From an uncultured Nitrososphaerota archaeon (lineage in GTDB: Archaea; Thermoproteota; Nitrososphaeria; Nitrososphaerales; CADDZS01), in assembly GCA_963799845.1 (NCBI GenBank), contig CAWCYI010000004.1, positions 1,248,001 to 1,312,000 of the forward strand: a stretch of DNA of 64,000 nucleotides, read 5' to 3'. Positions within the stretch are counted from its first letter, which is position 1, and each line of letters begins with the position of its first letter. A program made the position numbers and the translations under genes. The notes beneath the pieces are model-generated. The model did no database searches. It was not told the origin of the DNA and was given only the letters and a program-made list of their open reading frames with translations. Positions 42,014 to 52,041 of this stretch are shown here, one piece after another.

Positions 42014-42181
42014 TTAATCTGCAGCGCAGGTGAATTCCCTGGCTTCCTCAGGAGTTAGAGCAGTCTCCTGGGAATAAAGACACCAAGGACACGGAGAGGT
42101 AGGATCCGGAGAAGTCAGCCCGCACTTTGGACAGTAGATCACGTAGATCTGGGGACGCGGCTGTTCAATAACTAGAGTCAT
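42014..42181 (-). CDS. 55-aa CPxCG-type zinc-finger microprotein (not in the ORF track)
   Basis: MTLVIEQPRPQIYVIYCPKCGLTSPDPTSPCPWCLYSQETALTPEEAREFTCAAD*; TTTAATATT box upstream. Confidence 0.7.
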   Translation of the reverse strand: MTLVIEQPRPQIYVIYCPKCGLTSPDPTSPCPWCLYSQETALTPEEAREFTCAAD

Positions 42182-42216
42182 AAGAAAAATAGATCACCAA
42201 GTAATATTAAAGGATG

Positions 42217-42247
42217 GTAATATCTTCGACGTAGTCTAATATTCGAG
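42217..42247. promoter_or_regulatory. Degenerate copy of the 43361-43391 operator
   Basis: GTAATATCTTCGAC-GTA-GTCTAATATTCGAG; 10/14 and 12/14 matches to the perfect arms, same 3-nt spacer. Confidence 0.65.
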
Positions 42248-42263
42248 ATGTACGCACTAACGG

Positions 42264-43307
42264 CTAATGAGTATAGGAAGATTCTGGTGGCGTCTTCAAT
42301 GGAAACTCGATCCCGTACCTCTCCTCTATTTTCTTTAACATGCTGAGTACTCTACCCTCCTTAGTGATTCCCTCGACCTGATGAATCAGTCTCAGAGATT
42401 CAAGAGCCCGTCTGCAAATTCTCGAGTTGTAGGGCATGGACTTTATCGATAGATACAGGGAATTCCTTTCTTCACTGGAGACTTTCTTTCCATAATATCT
42501 TTCAATCGCATCATCGAGTTGCCTGAAAGTATCAAGGAGGCACCTCTCTTCGCTCGTGTACCCGTAAAAGCAGTTCCTGCAGTTTGCCGAGAGAAGCTCC
42601 CTCATCGGTCCCTTTTCGTTGACACGAACGTGCCTCATCGGATAGATGTATCCTTGATCTTTGAGTCGCTCCACAATCTTGTACGCAGCACCGATCGTCA
42701 ATCCCAGACTGGACAGGTTCTCGTAAATATCCGCAATCGAACTGCCAGTTCCTGAACATAGGCTGTTCATGATCACTTCCTCGGGCCAGGAAGGGAGCTC
42801 AGAAAGAAATTTCTCGAGTATAAGTTCAACCTTCTTCCTGTCCACTTCGTACTCTGAAAAGCCGTTGATCCTGGATTCGAAAACCGTCGCATCCAGAAGC
42901 TCTTCGAAGACCTTTGCGCAATGCTTTGAATCAAGACCGGTTATTTCAGAGACAGATTCTAGAGAAACTCCACGGTTCCAACCCTTGGTCTGTAAAATGT
43001 AGACAACGGCCCAGAGGACCGCAAGATCCTTGTCCTTCCAGCTTCTCCTTAAAAACCACTCAAATTGCCTGAATGCTCTAATCGAGTCGCTCTTGGTGAC
43101 AACATAATAAGTGTGGCCCTGCTTCCTCTTTTTCAAACCTAGCGAAGAACATAGCTCATCAAGAACGAGTTCTACTTGCGTTTTCATCGGGAAGATCAAG
43201 ACCTTCCCGCCAACGTTTTCGAGTACATAGGGTGGTAATCGGCCGTATAACTCCTCGCTCCAATCCAATGGTGCAAATGAGCCCAGCAGGCTCAAGGCCG
43301 CTGGCAA
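42264..43307 (-). CDS. Putative multi-wHTH transcriptional regulator with a CxxC-x9-C cluster
   Basis: Two wHTH-like segments (SLESVSEITGLD; SIADIYENL...AAYKIVERLKDQGYI); CRNCFYGYTSEERC; divergent from the operon. Confidence 0.6.
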   Translation of the reverse strand: MPAALSLLGSFAPLDWSEELYGRLPPYVLENVGGKVLIFPMKTQVELVLDELCSSLGLKKRKQGHTYYVVTKSDSIRAFRQFEWFLRRSWKDKDLAVLWAVVYILQTKGWNRGVSLESVSEITGLDSKHCAKVFEELLDATVFESRINGFSEYEVDRKKVELILEKFLSELPSWPEEVIMNSLCSGTGSSIADIYENLSSLGLTIGAAYKIVERLKDQGYIYPMRHVRVNEKGPMRELLSANCRNCFYGYTSEERCLLDTFRQLDDAIERYYGKKVSSEERNSLYLSIKSMPYNSRICRRALESLRLIHQVEGITKEGRVLSMLKKIEERYGIEFPLKTPPESSYTH

Positions 43308-43360
43308 TTCAAAGATGTCCTGTTGTATGGATTAAGAAGGAAGCAGAACTTTAATGTTTC

Positions 43361-43391
43361 GTCGTATATTAGACCACGTCTAATATACGAC
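43361..43391. promoter_or_regulatory. Perfect 14-bp inverted repeat, putative operator
   Basis: GTCGTATATTAGAC-CAC-GTCTAATATACGAC in the divergent intergenic region. Confidence 0.8.
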
Positions 43392-43450
43392 CACGCGCTA
43401 TTCTAGACTAATAAACGGTCATAAGATAAAATTAGCCACAAACGCCTAGT

Positions 43451-43792
43451 TTGAAAGGAATCGCTCAGCTTCACCCGACCGAAGCGACCGCAATAAGAGC
43501 GGGGAGTGTAGTTCCAAGAGCTCAAGAGCAGTTTCTACGCATCCCGATCAACGGCGACAAATTTCAAAAGCCGCTAGGAAGGGTCTACATTATTCCAGAT
43601 AGATGCAAGGAATGCAACTACTGCTGGACCTTCTGCCCGAATGAAGTCCTAGAATTATCAGATGAGATAAACGCTAACGGGTACAGGCATCCAAGGGTCA
43701 AACAAGGCAAGGAGAACGATTGCGTTAACTGTGGCATGTGCACCTGGGTCTGCCCGGAGTTTGCGATATTCGTAGTTGAGGTGAAACCATGA
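43451..43792 (+). CDS. korD: 2-oxoacid:ferredoxin oxidoreductase delta subunit (2x[4Fe-4S])
   Basis: [12 protein letters not shown] and [12 protein letters not shown]. Confidence 0.85.
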   Translation: MKGIAQLHPTEATAIRAGSVVPRAQEQFLRIPINGDKFQKPLGRVYIIPDRCKECNYCWTFCPNEVLELSDEINANGYRHPRVKQGKENDCVNCGMCTWVCPEFAIFVVEVKP

Positions 43793-44949
43793 GCCAGTAT
43801 GCTGAAAATGGTACTCTCATACCCGGGGACTATTTTTTGATGGGTAACTTTGCGTGCGTCGAAGGCGCGATAATGGCGGGTTGTAGATTTTATGCTGGTT
43901 ATCCGATCACTCCCTCCTCGGAAATCTTTGAGAGAGCAAGTACTAGATTCCCACAGGTCGGTGGTTACGCGGTTGAGATGGAGGATGAGATTGGAAGTGT
44001 GGCCGCTTTGATTGGGGCATCGTATGCCGGTGCGAAAGTGATGACCGCCACATCAGGTCCTGGCTTTAGCCTAATGATGGAGAATATCGGCCTTGCTTAC
44101 ATGATGGAAGCTCCGCTGGTCATTGTAAACGTCCAGAGAGCCGGCCCGAGCACAGGCATCGCAACCCTGGTCGGTCAGGGAGACATGATGCAGTCAAAGT
44201 GGGGTACTCATGGCGATGTCGAGACCATTGTGTATTGCCCTAACAGTGTTCAGGAGTTCTTTGACCTGACAATCCAGGCATTCAATTCCGCGGAAAAGTT
44301 CCGTACACCAGTCTTCATAATGGCAGATCAGGTGATTGCGATGATGTGGGAACGCCTTCGGATCCCGGGACGAGAGGATATCGAAGTTAAGCAACGAGTA
44401 GTCCTTGACCCGAAGGTGTTGGCTGGTCAACTGCCGTTTGACTATTCAAAGGACTTTCTTCCCATGCCAATCGCAGGGACGGGCTGTAAGGTAAACATTG
44501 ACAGTTTGACACACGATTCTAGAGGCTATCCGAGCATTGATCACTCTGTCTCTGAGATCTTGACAAGACACCTCGTAGGAAAAATCGCTGACCACGCCCG
44601 CGAGATATGGAAGTGGGAGGAGTTCCTCCTGGAAGATGCAGAGGTTGCGGTTGTTTCCTACGGATGTTCGTCTCGCTCGGCCCTCAGAGCTGTGAAGATT
44701 GCCAGATCAAGAGGAATCAAAGCGGGTCTCCTCAGACTAATTACTCCCTGGCCATTTCCGGACGAGATAATCGAGAGAGTAAGCAGCAGGGTCAACACGC
44801 TTGTTGTCGCGGAGATCAACTACGGTCAGCTTGTCCATCCAATTCGAGAGCACTCAAGATGTCCAGTTGTCGGGGCAAACTGGGCGCCAGGAACACTGAT
44901 CGAGCCTAGTGCAATACTCGATGCTTTGCAGGTGGTGGTTCCGAGTTGA
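43789..44949 (+). CDS. korA: 2-oxoacid:ferredoxin oxidoreductase alpha subunit
   Basis: [20 protein letters not shown] and QRAGPSTG motifs. Substrate not determinable. Confidence 0.92.
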   Translation: MSQYAENGTLIPGDYFLMGNFACVEGAIMAGCRFYAGYPITPSSEIFERASTRFPQVGGYAVEMEDEIGSVAALIGASYAGAKVMTATSGPGFSLMMENIGLAYMMEAPLVIVNVQRAGPSTGIATLVGQGDMMQSKWGTHGDVETIVYCPNSVQEFFDLTIQAFNSAEKFRTPVFIMADQVIAMMWERLRIPGREDIEVKQRVVLDPKVLAGQLPFDYSKDFLPMPIAGTGCKVNIDSLTHDSRGYPSIDHSVSEILTRHLVGKIADHAREIWKWEEFLLEDAEVAVVSYGCSSRSALRAVKIARSRGIKAGLLRLITPWPFPDEIIERVSSRVNTLVVAEINYGQLVHPIREHSRCPVVGANWAPGTLIEPSAILDALQVVVPS

Positions 44950-45839
44950 CCCAGTCCCTGTTGCCGGTTGGCGGGCCGGAGATCAAGACAGAATCTCACC
45001 AATGGGATCAGCTGATTCGCTCTGAGAGATTCCCGAACATCTGGTGTCCTGGCTGCGGAATAGGAATCGTTCTCTCCTCCTACATCAACGCTGTCCACAA
45101 GTCATTGATTCCCCCGGAAAAGCACGTCTGCATTTGTGGCATTGGATGCACGGGAAGAGTTGCCGGCTATCTCAATCTTGATTCATACCACACGACCCAT
45201 GGAAGAGGAATCGCCTTTGCAACCGGTATGTCGGTGATCCGGCCTGACCTTGAGATCACCGTAGTCGCCGGTGACGGCGACATCAGCACTATTGGTGGAA
45301 ACCACCTGATTCATGCAGCACGGAGGAACGCCGACCTCAATGTAATCATGGTGAACAACCTAAACTACGGAATGACTGGCGGACAACACGGAGCGACAAC
45401 TCCGCTAGGAGCAAGGACTCACACGTCTCCCTATGGAAACGTCGAATCTCCATTCAATGTCCCCTACCTTGTCTCAGCTGCTGGAGCTTCCTTTGTCGCC
45501 CGCTGGACAACTATCCATGTGAGGCAGCTGTTTAGGGCAATCAGGCGTATGATGGAGATAGAGGGCTTTGCATTCCTCGAAGTTATCTCTCCATGTCCCC
45601 CAACTTTTGGAGAGTTCAACAACTATCCTGAAGCTTTGGACATGATGAAGTACTTCAGGGACAAATCGGTCGTGGACGACGACGCTGATCTCAGGGATAT
45701 TACAATAACTGCACATCCCGAAGATCCGATAGTTGTGGGGAACTTTGTTGACAGGCGCAGGCCTTCTTACCAAGAATTACTGGGCGGTCTACTAGAGAAA
45801 TCTTCGGAGAAAAGTGTACGGGGAGGCGCTAGCAAGTGA
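44946..45839 (+). CDS. korB: 2-oxoacid:ferredoxin oxidoreductase beta (TPP) subunit
   Basis: WCPGCG, GIGC, HGR, GDGD...NN.NYGMTGGQ and SPCP motifs. Confidence 0.93.
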   Translation: MTQSLLPVGGPEIKTESHQWDQLIRSERFPNIWCPGCGIGIVLSSYINAVHKSLIPPEKHVCICGIGCTGRVAGYLNLDSYHTTHGRGIAFATGMSVIRPDLEITVVAGDGDISTIGGNHLIHAARRNADLNVIMVNNLNYGMTGGQHGATTPLGARTHTSPYGNVESPFNVPYLVSAAGASFVARWTTIHVRQLFRAIRRMMEIEGFAFLEVISPCPPTFGEFNNYPEALDMMKYFRDKSVVDDDADLRDITITAHPEDPIVVGNFVDRRRPSYQELLGGLLEKSSEKSVRGGASK

Positions 45840-46399
45840 GGCGGGAAATCAGGATAACTGGACTCGGTGGTCAGGGCGCCATAACCGCCGGACACATCTT
45901 GGGCAGGGCGGCCTCGATTTATGATCGAAAGGAGGCAGTGATGACCGAAGGATACAGCCCTTACATCACAGGAGGGTGGTCGAGAGCAGATCTCATCATC
46001 TCGGATGATCCGGTAGATTTCCCTCTCGTATCGAGCTTGGATGTCCTAGTTGCAATGTATCAGGAGGGACTGGAAACAAACCTGAAAATGGTGAAGCCAA
46101 ACGGGATTGCCATCTCGGAAAGCAGACTCGCAAGAACCTTCGCGGCAAATCAAACTGAGAGACGGAGAGTCCTTTCGGTTCCTGCAGTCGCAGAAGCTGA
46201 GAGGCTCGGGAAGAAGATGCTGACAAACGTTTTGATGTTGGGATCTCTCGAAGCAATCGCTCCCGTCGTAAATCTTGACTCGCTGAAAAAAGCGTTGGTT
46301 GACAGGTTTCCCAAAGCGGCCGAACTCAACCTCAAGGCAATCGACGCCGGATATGAACTTGGACTCAAGGCAACCACGGAGTTGAAGATCGTTGGTTGA
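45836..46399 (+). CDS. korC: 2-oxoacid:ferredoxin oxidoreductase gamma subunit
   Basis: GLGGQG, TGGWSRA and NVLMLG motifs. Confidence 0.9.
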   Translation: MRREIRITGLGGQGAITAGHILGRAASIYDRKEAVMTEGYSPYITGGWSRADLIISDDPVDFPLVSSLDVLVAMYQEGLETNLKMVKPNGIAISESRLARTFAANQTERRRVLSVPAVAEAERLGKKMLTNVLMLGSLEAIAPVVNLDSLKKALVDRFPKAAELNLKAIDAGYELGLKATTELKIVG

Positions 46400-49300
46400 A
46401 GAAGACTCGAACACAATACTCGTGATCGGCGGTGGGATAGCAGGGATACAGGCTGCCCTGGATGCAGCACACGCCGGTGCTAGAGTCTCCCTAGTTGAAA
46501 AGGAAGCAACGATTGGGGGAAAAATGTCGGTTCTTGACAAAAACTTTCCCACGCTTGACTGCTCGATCTGTATAGAGTCTCCGAAGATGAGTGATGTCGG
46601 ACTGCATCCAAACATAGAACTACTCACCCTTTCCGAACTTCAGAGTCTTGAGGGCGAGCTCGGAAACTTTAGGGCAACGATAATGCAGAACCCAAGATAT
46701 GTCACTGACGCCTGTACAAGGTGTGGAGAGTGCGTACCAGTCTGCCCAATTGTTTTGAAGAGCGAGTTCGACGTCGGAATGTCCGCAAGAAAGGCAATCC
46801 ACACGCCGATAGAGCAGTCAGTGCCGGGAGCTTACGTTATCGATTCCAAGAATTGCCTCAACAAGCCGCCCAATTTCCTACCCTGCAGTAGGTGCATGGA
46901 CGCCTGTGGGCCAGATGCGATCGACTTCAACATGAGGCCGAAGATCCTCCAAAGGAAGGTTGCCTCTGTGGTTGTCGCAACAGGCTTTGACATGCTTGAT
47001 CCCCTGATGCTTCCGCAGTTTGGATATGGAAAGCACCCGGACATTCTTACCTCGATGGAACTCGAACGTTTGCTCCAGGCGTCTGGTCCGAGCCTGGGCG
47101 AGGTCGTGAAACCTTCCGACGGAAGACATCCGAAGAACGTTCTGTTCGTCCTCTGCGTCGGCTCAAGGGACCAGAGATTCTGCAACTATTGTAGTAGAAT
47201 CTGCTGCATGTACAGCATCAAGGAAGCATACCAGCTGAAGGATCACGGAATCGAATCTGTTGACGTTGCGTACATGGATATCCGAGCGTACGGAAAGGGA
47301 TTCGACGAGTTCTACGACCGAACAAGAAACTCCGGAGTAAGGTTCGTTAGGTCAAAGCCCGCAAAAGTCGTTTCAAATGGCAAGAATCTGAGCGTTTTCT
47401 TCGAAGACACGGAATCAGGTACATCTGGGAAGATCAAGGAGGACTATGACATGGTTGTCCTTGCCACTGCAATCATTCCCCCAAAGAGCACAGAACAGCT
47501 GAAGCAAGGTTCTTGGAGCCGAACTTGCCTATGATGGCTTTTTTGAGACTCGCGATGAGTCTGGAGATTTCGTAACAAGCACTAGAAACGGTGTCTACCT
47601 CGCTGGTTGCGCCACGGGACCTAAAGACATACCCGACAGTGTTCTCGAAGCAGGTGCAGCAGTCTCAAAAGCCCTAACTCATGTAAAGCATAGATCATGG
47701 CCTGAAGCCGCGCCAGTAGTTCAACTCGAGTCCGAAGGTGAACCGAGGATCGGAGTCTTTGCTTGTCACTGCGGTTCAAACATCGCAGGCACCGTGAACA
47801 TCCCAGAGCTTGTCTCTTTCGCAAAGACGCTTCCAAACGTAGTACATGCCCAGGACCAAAAGTACTCCTGCGCAGCGAATACGCTCAACGACATTAGTGG
47901 TGTCCTCAAGGAGAAGAAGATTAACAGAGTGGTAGTCGCAGCATGCTCGCCAAAGACTCACTATTCCACATTTCAAGGCTCGCTAAACAGAGCGGGACTA
48001 AACCCCTACCTCTTGGACATGGCGAACGTCCGCAACATGGATTCCTGGGTACACAAGGAGGACAAGGAGGGAGCGCTCAGGAAGGCAAAGGACATGGTGA
48101 AGATGTCAGTGCTCAAAGCCCTAAACATGAAGCCACTTGAACCGATGAAGTTTCCGGTTACCCAGAAGGCGCTTGTCATCGGCGGCGGAGTGGCCGGAAT
48201 CGTTGCTGCGACAAACCTAGCTTCCCAGGGATTTGAGACGCATCTCGTAGAAAGAGCCGAAAAGTTAGGCGGAGTCCTCAACGAATTGAAGGAAATCGCC
48301 CCGCTCGGGATCAAATCTAAGGATCTTCTTGACATTCTTCTAAAGGAATTGAAAGAAAGCGGAGCGATATTACACCTAAACAAGAAGATCGAAAGTATCG
48401 GAGGTTTTGTTGGAAACTACGACATACAGCTATCGGATGGAACCTTGCTGAAAGCCGGAGCTGTTGTGCTTGCCACGGGGGCTCAGCCCTACTCCCCAAA
48501 CGAACTTGATTACCACAAGAATCCCAACGTCCTTACTAGTCTCGAACTTGAAGGAATCGCGGATAACATCGATTCAAAGAACGTTGCAATAATCTCCTGC
48601 ATCGGTTCGAGGAATGAAAAACTAGGTTGCTCAAGGTTCTGCTGCCAGACCATGATAGGTCAGGCAACCAAGCTCAAGGAAAGAGGAAACAACGTAACGG
48701 TGCTCTACAAAGACCTGAGGTCTTTTGCGAGATTCGGCGAAGAAGAATACGAAAAGGCGTGCAGGACTGGCGTCAACTTCGTTCAATATCCGCAGAGCTC
48801 CCTCCCGGAGCAGTCTATCAAGCTTGATTCAAATCACTTGATCGTGAAGGACGAACTCCTCGGCGAAGAGCTTGAGATTCCCGCGGACCTCGTGGTCCTC
48901 AATGTAGGGCTCTCTCCAATCAAGGAGGAGGGCGGAGTGATCCAGCAACTCAAGGTCTCAACCGATCAAGCCGGCTTTACTTTGGAAAGCCACCCCAAGC
49001 TCGGACCGGCAGAGTCGATGGTCCAGGGCGTTTTCCTCGCGGGAACAACTCAATATCCAAAGAGCGTGAAGGAATCAGCAATCCAAGCACTTGCAGCAGC
49101 GGCAAAGGCCTCGTCAATAATCTCAAGGGATGAGATTGAACGCGAACCTTTTGTCGCCGTTGTAGACCCTCTGAAGTGCACAAAGTGCGTTAGGTGCATT
49201 CCCGTCTGCCCATACAACGCGATCAGAGGAGAGCTCGGCAAGAGGATCGAATTCATCACTGCGATGTGCCAAGGTTGTGGAACCTGCGTCGCAGAGTGCA

Positions 49301-49842
49301 TGGTCGAGAGTGCCCTAACCCAGGAGGGTTTTACAGATCGACAGATCATGGCCCAGATTGACGCGGCGCTCTCGGAAGAAGCTTCAAAGAAGGTTCTCAT
49401 CTTCGCTTGTAACTGGTGCTCATACGCAGGAGCCGACCTGGCAGGAGTGATGAAGATCCAGTACCCATCGAACACCAGAATCATTCGAACGATGTGCTCC
49501 GGCAGGGTATCACAGAAGCTCATGCTCTACGGATTTGCAAAGGGAGCCGGTGCAGTACTCGTAACGGGATGCCATCCGGGCGACTGCCACTACATCAGCG
49601 CAAACCAGCAGACGCTCAAGAGAGTCGAAAGGTGGAAGCATCTCCTGAAGACGAGAGGGGTTAATCCCGACAGGCTCCAGCTATGGTGGGTGAGCGCCGC
49701 CGAGGGTAAGAGGTTTGCCGAGAAGGCGAGGGAGATGGATGAACTGCTGAAGCACCTCCCGAGTGAGGAACTGGAATCAACCACCCTCAAGATCAAGGTT
49801 GCTTCGAGAAGTCCTCCGACAGGAGTAGGCGCAAGGAGTTAG
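46392..49842 (+). CDS. hdrA: Large HdrA-like flavoprotein (two FAD modules, ferredoxin inserts) fused to an MvhD-like [2Fe-2S] domain; +1 frameshift near 47502
   Basis: GGGIAG, DKNFPTLDC, CVGSRD...CSRICC, CHCGSNI, AACSP, GGGVAG; C-terminal FACNWCSY, MCSGRV, GCHPGDCHY. Deleting one A fuses the two ORFs (about 1150 aa). Confidence 0.9.
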
Positions 49843-49852
49843 TGACGAGCTA

Positions 49853-51010
49853 ATGGCTATGAAAACCGTTCTAAAACAGGAACCAGACTTCTCCAAGAGA
49901 GTGGGAGAAATGTCTGGAGAGATGCTTTCGCTCTGCTACCAGTGCGGAACCTGCACGGCGTCCTGCCCGATGGGAGTACCGGTGAGGCGCCTGATTCGCT
50001 CTTCGCAGTTAGGGTTGAAGGATTTTACCCTAGCGAATTGCGATCTTTGGAACTGCGCGACATGCAAACTATGCGAAACTACATGTCCCAGAGGCGTTCA
50101 GATCACTGACATACTTCATGCGCTCCGAGTCATTGGATATGAAGAAAAGAAAAGCCCGAAGAAACTTGACGGGCCGCTCTGGGGAGTTTACGAAGATGCA
50201 AACCCTTGGGGCGGGAAGAAGGGCGACAGAGCGAAATGGGCAGATAATTTAGGCATAAAGAACGCAGAGAAGAGTAAGGCAAAGTACCTACTTTACGTCG
50301 GTTGCGCAGCATCTTTTGATCCCCGTCTCCAGAAAATTACGCAATCCCTAGCAAAGGTTTTGAGCGAAGCTGGAGTCGATTTCGGAATTTTGGGAGAGAA
50401 GGAAAACTGCTGCGGTGACGTGATTTACCACATAGGCGAGGAAGGCTTTCTTGAAGAACTGGTTCAGAACAACCTCAAGGAGTTTGAGAAAACAGGAGCG
50501 GAGGCAGTCATCTCAATTTCTCCCCACTGCTTCAACATGTTCAAGTCTGTTTATCCGAAGTACGGAAAGATGATTTCTGCCTATCACTACACTGAACTCC
50601 TCTCGGAGTTCATGGACAAGGACCTCCTTCCGATGGTCCCCTCAGATAGGAAGCTCAACATCACCTACCACGATCCGTGCTACCTCGGAAGATATCAGGG
50701 GATCTACGAGGGGCCAAGGAAGATCCTCGAAGGATTGCCGGGTGCTTCCATGACGGAGATGGCGGATAACAAAAGCAACGCCCTGTGCTGCGGGGGGGGC
50801 GGCGGGCAGATGTGGATGGAATCAATCGGTGAGCGGCCTAGCCACCAAAGAGTACTGCAGGCGGTTGATTCAGGGGCATCAATCTTGGCGACATCGTGTC
50901 CTTACTGCGTGCAGAATTTTGAGGATGCGGCGAAGACAAAGGGAGTCCAGAACTTGCAGGTGATGGACGTGGCCGAGATTGTTGCAAAGTCGATGAAGGT
51001 TAAGGGATAA
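49853..51010 (+). CDS. HdrC/HdrD-like Fe-S oxidoreductase (4Fe-4S dicluster plus two CCG domains)
   Basis: CYQCGTCTASCP, CATCKLCETTCP, ENCCG, YHDPCYLGR and CCGGGGG motifs. Confidence 0.9.
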   Translation: MAMKTVLKQEPDFSKRVGEMSGEMLSLCYQCGTCTASCPMGVPVRRLIRSSQLGLKDFTLANCDLWNCATCKLCETTCPRGVQITDILHALRVIGYEEKKSPKKLDGPLWGVYEDANPWGGKKGDRAKWADNLGIKNAEKSKAKYLLYVGCAASFDPRLQKITQSLAKVLSEAGVDFGILGEKENCCGDVIYHIGEEGFLEELVQNNLKEFEKTGAEAVISISPHCFNMFKSVYPKYGKMISAYHYTELLSEFMDKDLLPMVPSDRKLNITYHDPCYLGRYQGIYEGPRKILEGLPGASMTEMADNKSNALCCGGGGGQMWMESIGERPSHQRVLQAVDSGASILATSCPYCVQNFEDAAKTKGVQNLQVMDVAEIVAKSMKVKG

Positions 51011-51015
51011 AGAAA

Positions 51016-52041
51016 ATGCAAGTAGTAGTTGAGAAAGAATCTGAAAGAAAGAAGACGGGTGGTGTCTTTGTCTTCTTAGAGCAGACAGGAGGAACTCCCG
51101 AGACGGTTTCCCTTGAAGTTCTTGGAAAAGGAAGAGAGATCGCCGATCAGTTGGGCGTCGGCCTTACTGGAATCTTGCTCGGAGAAAATCTCGAAGAAGC
51201 CTTCAGGGAGTGCGCACTCAGGGGCGCGGACGTCGTTCTTGTCGGGGAGTCTCCGTTTCTGGGAGACTTCACGACGGAGGCGTATTCCAAGGTCATATCT
51301 GGCATTGTGAAGGAGTACGATCCAGATATCTTCCTCGTTGGCGCGACTCACAACGGCACGAGTCTAGCCGCAAATCTGGCGATCCAGTTACATGCGGGTT
51401 TGATGGCCCATGTTGTCGACCTTGACGTCGAGAAGGAAACCGGAAAGCTTCTCGGATCAGTCCCTGGATTCGGAGGAAACATCGTCGCGGTCTGCAAGTG
51501 CAAGAAGGGCAGACCGCAGATGGCAACTGTTCGTCCCGGGATATTCAAACCTCTTCCAGCCTCGGAGTCTCGCAAGGGAACTGTTCAGCCAATCAAGCTT
51601 GACACACTCAAACCTGAAGACGTAAAGTGTAGGATAGTCGAAAAGTCGGTCGGAGAAAGCTTTGAGATAAGCCATGCGGAGAAGGTCGTCGTAGCAGGAC
51701 TCGGATTGAAGGAGGACCTGACTCTTGCCAAAACACTTGCTGAGAAGATCAGCGGAATTTTGGCAGTTTCAAGGCCAGTCGCAGACAAGGGTGCAGCTCC
51801 AAAGGATCTTGTAGTGGGTTCAACAGGGTCTAGTCTCAACGCCAAGCTCGCCTTGGTTTTAGGCGTAAGCGGTGCAGCTCATTTTTCATCTGGAATCAGG
51901 GACGTCGAAACTGTAATAGCGATCAACTCTGATCCGGACGCGCCCATCTTTAGTCAGGCCGATTATTGCGTGAATGGAGACCTTTTCAAAATCGTGCCGG
52001 AACTTGTTTCCGAGCTCGAATCCAAGAGAGATGCAAAGTAA
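51016..52041 (+). CDS. etfA: Electron transfer flavoprotein alpha subunit
   Basis: PQMATVRPG, VGSTG, GVSGAAHF and AINSDPDAPIF motifs. Confidence 0.92.
   Translation: MQVVVEKESERKKTGGVFVFLEQTGGTPETVSLEVLGKGREIADQLGVGLTGILLGENLEEAFRECALRGADVVLVGESPFLGDFTTEAYSKVISGIVKEYDPDIFLVGATHNGTSLAANLAIQLHAGLMAHVVDLDVEKETGKLLGSVPGFGGNIVAVCKCKKGRPQMATVRPGIFKPLPASESRKGTVQPIKLDTLKPEDVKCRIVEKSVGESFEISHAEKVVVAGLGLKEDLTLAKTLAEKISGILAVSRPVADKGAAPKDLVVGSTGSSLNAKLALVLGVSGAAHFSSGIRDVETVIAINSDPDAPIFSQADYCVNGDLFKIVPELVSELESKRDAK

Noticed and set aside
41920-42181. GC-rich gap in the ORF track as a structured ncRNA (RNase P, SRP, intron)
   Set aside because: No convincing conserved RNA motifs; most of it is explained by the 55-aa zinc-finger ORF.
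47532-47534. TGA ending the first hdrA ORF as selenocysteine
   Set aside because: The continuation is in a different frame and homology switches frame about 30 nt earlier, so this is a frameshift. The MvhD domain uses Cys.
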